Source: an uncultured Bacteroidota bacterium (GTDB lineage: Bacteria > Bacteroidota > Ignavibacteria > UBA10030 > UBA8401). Taken from it: a stretch of 64,000 nt of DNA. Where the stretch lies: the NCBI GenBank assembly GCA_963827085.1, contig CAWGZY010000001.1, positions 117,837 through 181,836 of the forward strand, read 5' to 3'. The notes beneath the pieces are model-generated. The model worked only from the letters and a program-made list of their open reading frames with translations. It made no database searches and had not been told where the DNA came from. The position numbers were made by a program, and so were the translations under genes. Below are positions 28,873 to 36,434 of the stretch, piece after piece (positions within the stretch are counted from its first letter, which is position 1; each line of letters begins with the position of its first letter).

Positions 28873-29319
28873 CTATCGGCATTGACCGTACAGCGGGATT
28901 GTTATTGGGCTGCTTGCCGTTGTAGCGTTGTGTTTGATAGTAAGATACCCGTAATGGTTTCCCGTAGCTAAGGGTTTGTATTGCATCAAAATATCAATCT
29001 CCGTGCCCGGCAATAACAGAAAATTTGGGCCGCCCGACATAAGAGAAAAATAGGTTCCTGTAACCGCTACGCTCCCCGAAAGGCTGGCGTTTGATGTTGA
29101 GGGGTTTAAAATGATTACGTTTGCGGTTGTGGCCGTTGAAACCGGGTTCAGCCCAAAGTAGAGATAGCCTTGATATGCTAAATCTGCGGTGATGGTAATG
29201 TTAATAACTGTCCCTGGTGGAGTGGTTACTGTTGACGTTTGGGGGTTGCTTGAATCCTTCTTACAGCTAAAGAAGAGAACTGAGCAAAGCAGAAGTGGTA
29301 AGTATAGAATGGTTTTCAT
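28873..29319 (-). CDS. cargo lipoprotein with a beta-sandwich (ASH/choice-of-anchor-D-like) domain
   Basis: RBS aaaggaga; signal peptide with lipobox FFSC-KKD; C-terminal GYLTIKHNA...ITIPLYG pattern. Confidence 0.75.
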   Translation of the reverse strand: MKTILYLPLLLCSVLFFSCKKDSSNPQTSTVTTPPGTVINITITADLAYQGYLYFGLNPVSTATTANVIILNPSTSNASLSGSVAVTGTYFSLMSGGPNFLLLPGTEIDILMQYKPLATGNHYGYLTIKHNATTASSPITIPLYGQCR

Positions 29320-29394
29320 GTGTTCTCCTTTGCGGATGGTGAAGGGCGTTAAGGTATTCTAAATTGCAACGGCAATATGCTTACAATTAAGTGT

Positions 29395-29459
29395 AAATTC
29401 AAATTTGAAAAAGGCTAAAAAATGACGTAAATTCATTCAGAAAAACATCGTGCGCCGTC
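29395..29459 (+). promoter_or_regulatory. 65-bp repeat, copy 2: palindrome plus sigma70-like promoter
   Basis: TTCAAATTTGAA 29398-29409; -35 TTGAAA 29405, -10 TAAATT 29428. Confidence 0.8.
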
Positions 29460-29560
29460 GCGGGTGTGCGACCAAAGAAATTTCAAAAAATCCTTCTCGT
29501 TCCCTGCTCGACAGGGAGGGCAATCGAAAGTTTGCTCCGCGACACGGGAGGGATTTTTTT
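29440..29560 (+). ncRNA. candidate structured RNA, copy 2 (leader hairpin, three-way junction, U-tail)
   Basis: 16-bp closing stem 29485-29500/29544-29559; TCCCTG-CTCGA-CAGGGA; GCAATC-GAAA-GTTTGC; junction TCCGCGAC complementary to GTCGCGGG 29457-29464; compensatory changes versus copy 1. Confidence 0.72.
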
Positions 29561-29569
29561 ATTGTGAAT

Positions 29570-30106
29570 ATGCCGCGAAAGAAAATTCCGGGAGAATTTC
29601 TGAGGATTAACGAAGAAGAAGATGGGCAATTCAGAATTGAGTACTCCTTTGAAGGAAATCCTTATTGGGTAAAGATGAGTGTTGGCTCAACGTCTATGTC
29701 CGCGGACGGTTTAGTTGGGGAACACAACGTAAACGCGCTAATCGAATTATTGGCTTCGCTACCGGAAGATAACGCCGATGCAATGAAGTTAAAAATACAG
29801 CTTCAGGAAAATAGAATTTTAGCAGTTTGGCCACAAATGTACATTGCTTACCGCAAGGGAGAGAACTTGGGGCAATTTTTTCAAGGCGATGTTAATCAAG
29901 AGAAGGAAATAAACCCTGTGGTTCCTATCAAGGAATGGTTACAAAGCAAAGCTAAGTTCGCCGAGTTCGTGAGGGATGAGTATGAGAAAAATCAGAATAA
30001 GTATAAGAGTTTAAAGGACGCAACGGAAAAGATATATGCTCAATATGTCTTTCCAAACGAAGAGTGGACATTTAAACAATGCTATGATTTTGTGAGGAAA
30101 AAGTAA
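29570..30106 (+). CDS. hypothetical cargo protein, possibly DNA-binding at the C-terminus
   Basis: ATG 29570 lies just after the RNA U-tail; 178 aa; helical basic C-terminus followed by TGTGA repeats. Confidence 0.65.
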   Translation: MPRKKIPGEFLRINEEEDGQFRIEYSFEGNPYWVKMSVGSTSMSADGLVGEHNVNALIELLASLPEDNADAMKLKIQLQENRILAVWPQMYIAYRKGENLGQFFQGDVNQEKEINPVVPIKEWLQSKAKFAEFVRDEYEKNQNKYKSLKDATEKIYAQYVFPNEEWTFKQCYDFVRKK

Positions 30107-30158
30107 AAATGTGAAAGAATGTGAAGGTTTGTGATTGATTATGTGAAGATTTTCGTGA
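30091..30158 (+). repeat. phased TGTGA repeats (operator/iteron-like)
   Basis: TGTGA at 30091, 30110, 30120, 30130, 30142 and CGTGA at 30154. Confidence 0.65.
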
Positions 30159-30202
30159 TAATTTGCCCTTTCCCGCCTGCTATATTATCCCTGTTCGTTT
30201 AA

Positions 30203-30344
30203 ATAAAAATCCCCCTTCCAATGAGCTTTGGAGAGGGGGCTAATTCACTAAAACCGTCCAACAATACGAAGGGAATAGGTGTATGAGTAACGTGCTTAAA
30301 ATAATACTGTCTGCCCGTTAGGGGAGGCGGGTTATTCCTTCGAC
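30203..30344 (-). ncRNA. candidate ~140-nt small RNA with its own promoter and terminator
   Basis: Minus-strand TTGATT(30379-30374)-N17-TATCTT(30356-30351); internal stem CGAAGGAATA/TATTCCCTTCG; ends in hairpin CCCCCTCTCCAA..TTGGAAGGGGG plus ATTTTTATTT; no ATG ORF. Confidence 0.55.
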
Positions 30345-30397
30345 AACTGAAAGATAAAAAGTTCTTTCGAGAGAATCAAGAAAAATTAAAATACTAC

Positions 30398-30426
30398 TTG
30401 ACAATAGATATAGTATGTATTATATT
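30398..30426 (+). promoter_or_regulatory. near-consensus promoter for a leaderless HTH gene
   Basis: TTGACA-N17-TATATT, 5 nt before ATG 30432; ATACTA..TAGTAT inverted repeat straddles the -35. Confidence 0.8.
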
Positions 30427-30431
30427 AAACC

Positions 30432-30629
30432 ATGACAAAGATGAAAGAGTTAAAAACGGTTGACGGCTCGGAATACTTTACGATCAAGGAAGCGGCGAAG
30501 ATATTGGGAATAGAAGCCAATTCCATCCGTAACTATCTATCATGGGGAAAGATCACAGCATACAAATTCAAGAGTTTAACGCTGATTAGCAGAGAAGAAA
30601 TCGAACGCTGGAAGGAGTTACAGAAGTAA
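30432..30629 (+). CDS. excisionase/MerR-like helix-turn-helix protein (HTH_17 type)
   Basis: YFTIKEAAKILGIEANSIRNYLSWGKITAYK...LISREEIERW. Confidence 0.88.
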   Translation: MTKMKELKTVDGSEYFTIKEAAKILGIEANSIRNYLSWGKITAYKFKSLTLISREEIERWKELQK

Positions 30630-30632
30630 ATT

Positions 30633-30708
30633 AAATAGCGAAGCCGCAAGTGTTTGTAGCACCTACGGCTTCTAAATCACTTGTCCGAGTGAACGGACAA
30701 ATAACCTC
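30633..30708 (-). ncRNA. candidate ~75-nt antisense RNA upstream of the transposase
   Basis: Minus-strand TTGATT(30743-30738)-N17-TACCTT(30720-30715); hairpin TTGTCCG..CGGACAA; 13-bp hairpin GAAGCCGTAGGTG/CACTTGCGGCTTC that pairs fully (with G-U) only on the minus strand. Confidence 0.55.
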
Positions 30709-30767
30709 GTTTAAAAGGTACGTTCATGATCGGACAAAATCAAGTCCAAAATAAAGGAGATTTTGCC

Positions 30768-31601
30768 GTGAACGCACTAACAACAGAAAAGAAAGCCCTT
30801 GTTCTTACGCACCTTGTAGAAGGGCTAAGTATCCGGTCCATCGAAAGAATCACTGGCATCACCAAGCGGGCTATTCTCCGCGTCCTCGTTGAGTATGGAG
30901 AGAGAGCTAAAGAGATTCAGGAACGAGAGATGGTAAACCTTCAATCTAACTTTGTCCAGGTAGATGAGATTTGGACGTACGTAGGCAAGAAGCAAAAGCA
31001 ATTAACACCGTTAGACAGTGAAGAGTTAGGCGATCAATACGTATTTGTCGCTATGGACTCCGAGACAAAGCTCGTGCCTTCGTTCTTAGTAGGCAAACGG
31101 AATATGGAAAACTCGCTCGAAATTATGAAGGATTTACAATACAGAATCACTAATCGTTTTCAGCTTACAACGGATGCCTTTATTCCTTATTTTAATGCGG
31201 TCGATTCAGTGTTTGGAGAGGATGTTGATTACGGACAGATTCACAAAGAGTATCGAGAAGAAACAAAAGGCGAGAAACGATATTCCCCCGCAGAGTTTGT
31301 GAGGGTAATAATAAAGCCCTTAATCGGAAGTCCAAAACGGTGGCGAATCTCAACGAGCCATATCGAAAGACAGAATCTTACAATCAGAATGCAAATGAGA
31401 AGATTTACACGGCTTACAAACGCTTTCAGTAAGAAGTTAGAAAACCTAAAAGCGGCAACAGCATTGCATTTCTTCCATTACAACTTTATGAGAATCCATT
31501 CGAGCCTCAGAGTAACGCCCGCAATGGAAGCGAAGATCACGAAAAAAGTATGGGAATGGAATGACTTAATGTCATACGGTCAAATAAAACAAGCGGCATA
31601 A
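30768..31601 (+). CDS. IS1-family DDE transposase (single ORF with N-terminal HTH)
   Basis: LVEGLSIRSIERITG HTH; VQVDEIWTYV, TTDAF, STSHIERQNLTIRMQMRRFTRLTNAFSKK; GTG start after aaaggaga (ORF opens at 30726). Confidence 0.93.
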   Translation: MNALTTEKKALVLTHLVEGLSIRSIERITGITKRAILRVLVEYGERAKEIQEREMVNLQSNFVQVDEIWTYVGKKQKQLTPLDSEELGDQYVFVAMDSETKLVPSFLVGKRNMENSLEIMKDLQYRITNRFQLTTDAFIPYFNAVDSVFGEDVDYGQIHKEYREETKGEKRYSPAEFVRVIIKPLIGSPKRWRISTSHIERQNLTIRMQMRRFTRLTNAFSKKLENLKAATALHFFHYNFMRIHSSLRVTPAMEAKITKKVWEWNDLMSYGQIKQAA

Positions 31602-31766
31602 AAAATGAAAAGACCCCACTACCTGTTTATTGGTAGCGGTATAGTTTGGAAGGCTTTCGGATACTTTCTTGGTTAACCCTATAAAACAAAACACGTATCG
31701 CGAATTCTCTAATAACTTCTCCGTTTGAATCAATTCGAAATTGAAATCAAGAGCCGAAGAGCAATT

Positions 31767-33869
31767 TCACGTAAGCCTCAACGCTACAAGAATCATGTCG
31801 ACGAGTTTAATACCGAAGAAGGGAGCGATGACGCCGCCCACGCCGTAAATGAATAAGTGCCTCCGCAGCAGCTGAACTGCGCTCACGGCGCGATATTTCA
31901 CACCTTTTAACGCAAGCGGTATAAGAACAACAATGATCAGGGCGTTGAAGATGACCGCAGAAAGTATGGCGCTTTCAGGAGTGGCGAGGTGCATGATGTT
32001 TAGTGCGTTCAACGCGGGGTACGTTGTCGCGAATGCCGCAGGGATGATGGCGAAGTACTTTGCCACGTCGTTAGCGATGCTGAACGTTGTAAGGGTGCCG
32101 CGTGTCATGAGAAGCTGTTTGCCGATTTCCACAATTTCCAAAAGTTTGGTTGGATTGCTGTCGAGGTCGATCATGTTCGCCGCTTCGCGCGCGGATTGAG
32201 TGCCGGTATTCATCGCGACGGCCACATCGGCTTGAGCGAGCGCCGGCGCGTCGTTCGTTCCGTCTCCCGTCATCGCAACAAGGCGTCCCCCTTTTTGATA
32301 GTCGCGGATCAATTTCAATTTATCTTCCGGCTTTGCTTCTGCAAGGAAATCATCGACACCGGCTTCAGCGGCGATGGCCGTAGCAGTCAATTGATTGTCC
32401 CCGGTGATCATTACGGTTTTAATTCCCATCTTCCGCAGATGTGCAAAACGTTCTTTGATCCCTCCTTTGACGATATCTTTGAGATGGATGACGCCAAGAA
32501 CTTCTTTGTTCTCTACAACGACGAGAGGTGTCGCGCCCGCGCGGCTGATATCCTGAACTAATTGTTGAACCGCTGCGGGGAACTGGCCTCCTAATTGTTC
32601 GATGTATGCTTTGATCGCTTCAGAAGCGCCTTTGCGGATTATTCTCTCGCCGTTTTTTCCCTCAGGCTGAATGTCTGCTCCGCTCATCCGCGTTTGTGCA
32701 CTGAAGGGGACAAAATGCGCGGCGATCTCGTTGACATTTCGTTCACGAAACCCATGCTTTTCTTTTGCAAGCACAACGATCGAACGTCCTTCCGGTGTTT
32801 CGTCAGCAAGCGATGCGAGCTGAGCAGCATCGGCGAGCCGCTCCTTTGTGATTCCTGGGGCGGGCGTGAACTCGGTTGCCATGCGGTTCCCCAGCGTCAC
32901 GGTGCCGGTTTTATCCAGAAGGAGAACATCGACATCTCCCGCGGCTTCAATTGCGCGCCCGGAAGTTGCAATCACATTGTGACGGATCATCCGGTCCATA
33001 CCCGCAATGCCGATGGCGGAAAGGAGTCCGCCGATCGTTGTTGGAATCAGGCAGACGAGAAGTGCGACCAGTACGGTGACGGTGACAGGCATACCCTGAC
33101 CCGCCGCCTGGACACTGAAAAGAGAATAGGGGAGAAGCGTCACGCAGACCATGAGGAAAATAATCGTGAATGCTGCGAGGAGAATGTTCAACGCAATTTC
33201 ATTCGGAGTCTTTTGCCTTTTTGCCCCTTCGATCAAACGAATCATGCGGTCGAGAAATCCGCCGCCGATTTCGGTTGTAGCGCGAATGATCAGCCAATCG
33301 GATAACACGCGCGTGCCGCCGGTGACGGCGCTTCTGTCGCCGCCGGATTCGCGAATCACCGGCGCACTTTCACCGGTAATTGCACTTTCGTCCACAGACG
33401 CAATGCCTTCAATGACCTCGCCGTCGACCGCAATCGTTTCGCCCGTTTCAACGAGGAACGCATCCCCCTTTTGAAGGAGGGTCGACGTCACCACCTCGAA
33501 AGCAGATCCGTGCTTAGGGCTCTTCAATCGCTTCGCTTTAGTTTCCTGTCGTGCCCGGCGCAATGCATCGGCCTGAGCTTTGCCGCGTCCCTCTGCGAGT
33601 GCTTCCGAGAAGTTTGCAAAGAGAACAGTGAACCAGAGCCAGAGAGAGACGCTTCCGATGTACCATCCGGCTGCTTCGCCGTGGCCGGATAATGCTTGAA
33701 TCCATAACGCTGAAGTAAGAACGCTTCCTACTTCAACGACAAACATTACCGGGTTGCGGACCATCAAACGCGGATTCAGTTTCGTAATAGAGTCGACAAT
33801 GGCGCGGCGATACATTTCGCTGGTGAGGCCCAACGGCTTCTTTAGTTGTTGTGAATTCTGTGTCGTCAT
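31767..33869 (-). CDS. kdpB: K+-transporting ATPase subunit B
   Basis: [45 protein letters not shown]. Confidence 0.98.
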   Translation of the reverse strand: MTTQNSQQLKKPLGLTSEMYRRAIVDSITKLNPRLMVRNPVMFVVEVGSVLTSALWIQALSGHGEAAGWYIGSVSLWLWFTVLFANFSEALAEGRGKAQADALRRARQETKAKRLKSPKHGSAFEVVTSTLLQKGDAFLVETGETIAVDGEVIEGIASVDESAITGESAPVIRESGGDRSAVTGGTRVLSDWLIIRATTEIGGGFLDRMIRLIEGAKRQKTPNEIALNILLAAFTIIFLMVCVTLLPYSLFSVQAAGQGMPVTVTVLVALLVCLIPTTIGGLLSAIGIAGMDRMIRHNVIATSGRAIEAAGDVDVLLLDKTGTVTLGNRMATEFTPAPGITKERLADAAQLASLADETPEGRSIVVLAKEKHGFRERNVNEIAAHFVPFSAQTRMSGADIQPEGKNGERIIRKGASEAIKAYIEQLGGQFPAAVQQLVQDISRAGATPLVVVENKEVLGVIHLKDIVKGGIKERFAHLRKMGIKTVMITGDNQLTATAIAAEAGVDDFLAEAKPEDKLKLIRDYQKGGRLVAMTGDGTNDAPALAQADVAVAMNTGTQSAREAANMIDLDSNPTKLLEIVEIGKQLLMTRGTLTTFSIANDVAKYFAIIPAAFATTYPALNALNIMHLATPESAILSAVIFNALIIVVLIPLALKGVKYRAVSAVQLLRRHLFIYGVGGVIAPFFGIKLVDMILVALRLT

Positions 33870-33899
33870 TCTGTTATTTCCTTCAGCGCAATAAGCGAG

Positions 33900-35642
33900 T
33901 TAGTGGATCATCATGAAATGTTCAACGATGGGGCCGAGCGCAAGAGCCGGCAAGAAATTAAGTGCGCCGACAATAAGCACCACTGCAACCAGCCAGAAAA
34001 TGAACAGCGGAGTATGAGTCGGCAGCGTTCCTTCACTTACGGGAACGAACTTTTTACGGACGAGAGAACCGCCGAGAGCGAGGGTCGGAACAGCTAACCA
34101 AAAGCGCCCGATGATCATCGCGATTCCGCCGGTTATATTGTAGAACGGTGTGTTGACGCTTATTCCTGCGAAAGCACTCCCATTATTGTTTGCCTGCGAT
34201 GTAAAGACATACAACACTTCGCTGAAGCCGTGCGGTCCGGGGTTGAATATCCCGCTCGTACCCGCAGTGGTCACAACGGCGATGGCGGTGAGGACAAGCA
34301 CGGTAATCGGCATAATGAGAATCAAAAGAGAAGCCATTTTCATCTCGTATGTTTCTATCTTATGACCTAAATATTCCGGCGTGCGCCCGACAAGAAGTCC
34401 GGCAACGAATACCGCAACAATCACAAAGACGAGCATGCCGTAAAGTCCGGAGCCGACGCCGCCGAAAACTACCTCGCCGAAATGGAGCATCACGAGTGTG
34501 ACAAATCCGCCCAACGGGGTAAACGAATCGTGCATCGAATTTACCGAGCCGTTCGACGCAGAGGTAGTTGCAGTGGCCCATAGAACCGAGTTTGCGATAC
34601 CGAAACGGACTTCTTTTCCTTCCATATTTCCCCCGGGCTGGATGCTGTTTGATGTTTGATCGATGCCCATTGCAGTGAACGCCGGGTTTCCCTTTTCTTC
34701 TGCCCATCCGGCCAGAATGAGGAATCCGACGAAGATGATCATCATCGCAGTAAGTATCGACCATCCCTGGCGTGTATCCTTGACCATGAGGCCGTAGGTG
34801 TAACAGAGCGCTGCGGCGATAAGCAAAATGGAGAGCATCTCCAGGAAATCAGTCAGTGGAGTAGGATTTTCATACGGATGCGCAGAGTTGACATTGAAGA
34901 ATCCGCCGCCGTTCGTGCCGAGCTGCTTGATGGCAATTTGAGAAGCGGCCGGACCCATCGCCACAACTTGTTCCGTAACTTTTGCGCCGCTGGTGTCAGT
35001 CGTGGGCTGCAGGAGAGGCACGGAGACATACTGCGAAAAATTCTGAACGGTACCCTGGGAGACAAGCACCAGAGCAAAGATTATAGAAAGCGGAAGGAGG
35101 ATGTACAACGTACTTCGCGTCATGTCTACCCAGAAATTTCCCAATGTTCTGGCTGAGTGGCGGGCGAGTCCACGAATAAAAAGTGCGAGAATTGCCATCC
35201 CCGTCGCTGCCGAAACGAAATTTTGCACTGTCAAGGCGAGCATTTGAGTTAGATAGCTCATCGTTGTTTCTCCGCCGTACCCTTGCCAGTTTGTGTTCGT
35301 TGCAAAACTGACCGCTGTATTGAATGAGGAGTCCGGAGAAACTGCGGTCATGCTTTGGGGATTCAGCGGGAAGAACTGCTGCAGACGCTGCAGGGCGTAG
35401 ACGACGAGAAGCCCTGCAAAGTTGAAGACAAGCATTGCAATGGCGTTCTCTTTCCAATCAAACTCTTCGTCCGGATTAATCCCTGCAAGGCGATATATAA
35501 AGCGTTCAAGGGGGCCGAAGACCGGGTCGAGAAACGTCCGTTCCCGTTGGTACACGCGTGCCATAAAAATGCCGAGCGGTTTGACTGCAAGCACCAGGAC
35601 AACAAGGTAAAAGGCGATTTGAAGAATTCCATTGAGTGTCAT
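33900..35642 (-). CDS. kdpA: K+-transporting ATPase subunit A
   Basis: FATNTNWQ, KQLGTNGGG, SASNGSVN, NNNGSAFAG; real start ATG 35642 overlaps the kdpF stop (ATGA). Confidence 0.97.
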   Translation of the reverse strand: MTLNGILQIAFYLVVLVLAVKPLGIFMARVYQRERTFLDPVFGPLERFIYRLAGINPDEEFDWKENAIAMLVFNFAGLLVVYALQRLQQFFPLNPQSMTAVSPDSSFNTAVSFATNTNWQGYGGETTMSYLTQMLALTVQNFVSAATGMAILALFIRGLARHSARTLGNFWVDMTRSTLYILLPLSIIFALVLVSQGTVQNFSQYVSVPLLQPTTDTSGAKVTEQVVAMGPAASQIAIKQLGTNGGGFFNVNSAHPYENPTPLTDFLEMLSILLIAAALCYTYGLMVKDTRQGWSILTAMMIIFVGFLILAGWAEEKGNPAFTAMGIDQTSNSIQPGGNMEGKEVRFGIANSVLWATATTSASNGSVNSMHDSFTPLGGFVTLVMLHFGEVVFGGVGSGLYGMLVFVIVAVFVAGLLVGRTPEYLGHKIETYEMKMASLLILIMPITVLVLTAIAVVTTAGTSGIFNPGPHGFSEVLYVFTSQANNNGSAFAGISVNTPFYNITGGIAMIIGRFWLAVPTLALGGSLVRKKFVPVSEGTLPTHTPLFIFWLVAVVLIVGALNFLPALALGPIVEHFMMIH

Positions 35643-35731
35643 TCGAACGTCTCCGGCTTTAATAGAACAATGAAGAGGTAGATCAAAAGACCGGCCGCGA
35701 TTAATCCAGAGATGATATAAAGCCAGTTCAT
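35639..35731 (-). CDS. kdpF: K+-transporting ATPase subunit F (30 aa)
   Basis: MNWLYIISGLIAAGLLIYLFIVLLKPETFE matches the KdpF YL...LL.PE.F pattern; RBS aggaga; below the ORF-track cutoff. Confidence 0.92.
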   Translation of the reverse strand: MNWLYIISGLIAAGLLIYLFIVLLKPETFE

Positions 35732-35838
35732 AGATTTTCTCCTGATTTAAAGTCTCCGAGAGATTCACAAAGTCTCATCAATCCCAACGTCAACAAAAAA
35801 GAGACAGCAATAATACCGATATACATGAGATCGTCCAT
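35728..35838 (-). CDS. 36-aa hydrophobic Kdp-associated peptide upstream of kdpF
   Basis: MDDLMYIGIIAVSFLLTLGLMRLCESLGDFKSGENL; RBS aaggaga in the kdpC end; stop overlaps the kdpF start (ATGA). Confidence 0.78.
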   Translation of the reverse strand: MDDLMYIGIIAVSFLLTLGLMRLCESLGDFKSGENL

Positions 35839-35840
35839 TT

Positions 35841-36434
35841 CTATTTCTCCTTTGATACAGTTTGAGTTTCATCCAGCGCGAGATTCAATTCAAGGACGTT
35901 GATGCGGGATTCCCCGAGAAAGCCTAACTGCCTTCCTTCGGTGAATTGATTCATTAATGACCGGATCTGAGATGCGCTCATCCCCCGAACACGGGCTACG
36001 CGCGGAAGTTGATACAACGCCGCAGCAACGCTGATATGCGGGTCAAGGCCGCTCGCAGATGATGTGACAAGATCGACGGGAATCAACAGAGTGTTTGTTG
36101 AGTCGGCGGCTTTGAGGTCTTGCACTCTTTTCTTTACGCCGTCGATGAGTGCCGGATTAAGCGGACCGTAATTCGACCCCGACGAAGATCCTGCATTGTA
36201 GGCGTACGGACTTGTCGCCGACAAGCGGCTCCAAAAGTATTTTGGGTCGCTGAAGGGCTGGCCGATCAGCTCGGAACCAACAATTTTTCCACCCCTTTTG
36301 ATAAAGCTCCCATTTGCCTTCTCCGGAAAAACAATCTGTGCAATTCCTGTGACAACCAGGGGATAGATCACTCCGGTAAGGAGAGTAAACAGAATGAGAA
36401 CAACAAGCGTAGGGCGAATTTGCTTACGAAGCAT
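35841..36434 (-). CDS. kdpC: K+-transporting ATPase subunit C
   Basis: YPLVVTG, ANGS, GSELIGQ, SSGSNYGP, SASGLDPHIS, NVLELNLALD. Confidence 0.97.
   Translation of the reverse strand: MLRKQIRPTLVVLILFTLLTGVIYPLVVTGIAQIVFPEKANGSFIKRGGKIVGSELIGQPFSDPKYFWSRLSATSPYAYNAGSSSGSNYGPLNPALIDGVKKRVQDLKAADSTNTLLIPVDLVTSSASGLDPHISVAAALYQLPRVARVRGMSASQIRSLMNQFTEGRQLGFLGESRINVLELNLALDETQTVSKEK

Larger units (their letters stand above)
27551..31623 (+). mobile_element. IS1-family cargo-carrying transposon, 4,073 bp, inserted between kdpB and kdpD
   Basis: Perfect 16-bp terminal inverted repeats GGTAGTGGGGTCTTTT (27551-27566) / AAAAGACCCCACTACC (31608-31623); flanking 8-bp direct repeat TGTTTATT (27543-27550, 31624-31631); IS1-type transposase at the right end; AT-richer than the flanks. 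Confidence 0.92.

Noticed and set aside
29450-29569. N-terminal 40 codons of the 218-aa ORF
   Set aside because: They overlap the structured RNA and U-tail; ATG 29570 is the more plausible start.
27551-31623. Prophage, satellite or integron
   Set aside because: No tyrosine/serine integrase, structural genes, primase or attC sites; the boundaries are IS-type TIRs with a target duplication.
35643-35768. N-terminal extension of KdpA given by the ORF track
   Set aside because: The region encodes kdpF and the 36-aa peptide in other frames; KdpA starts at ATG 35642.
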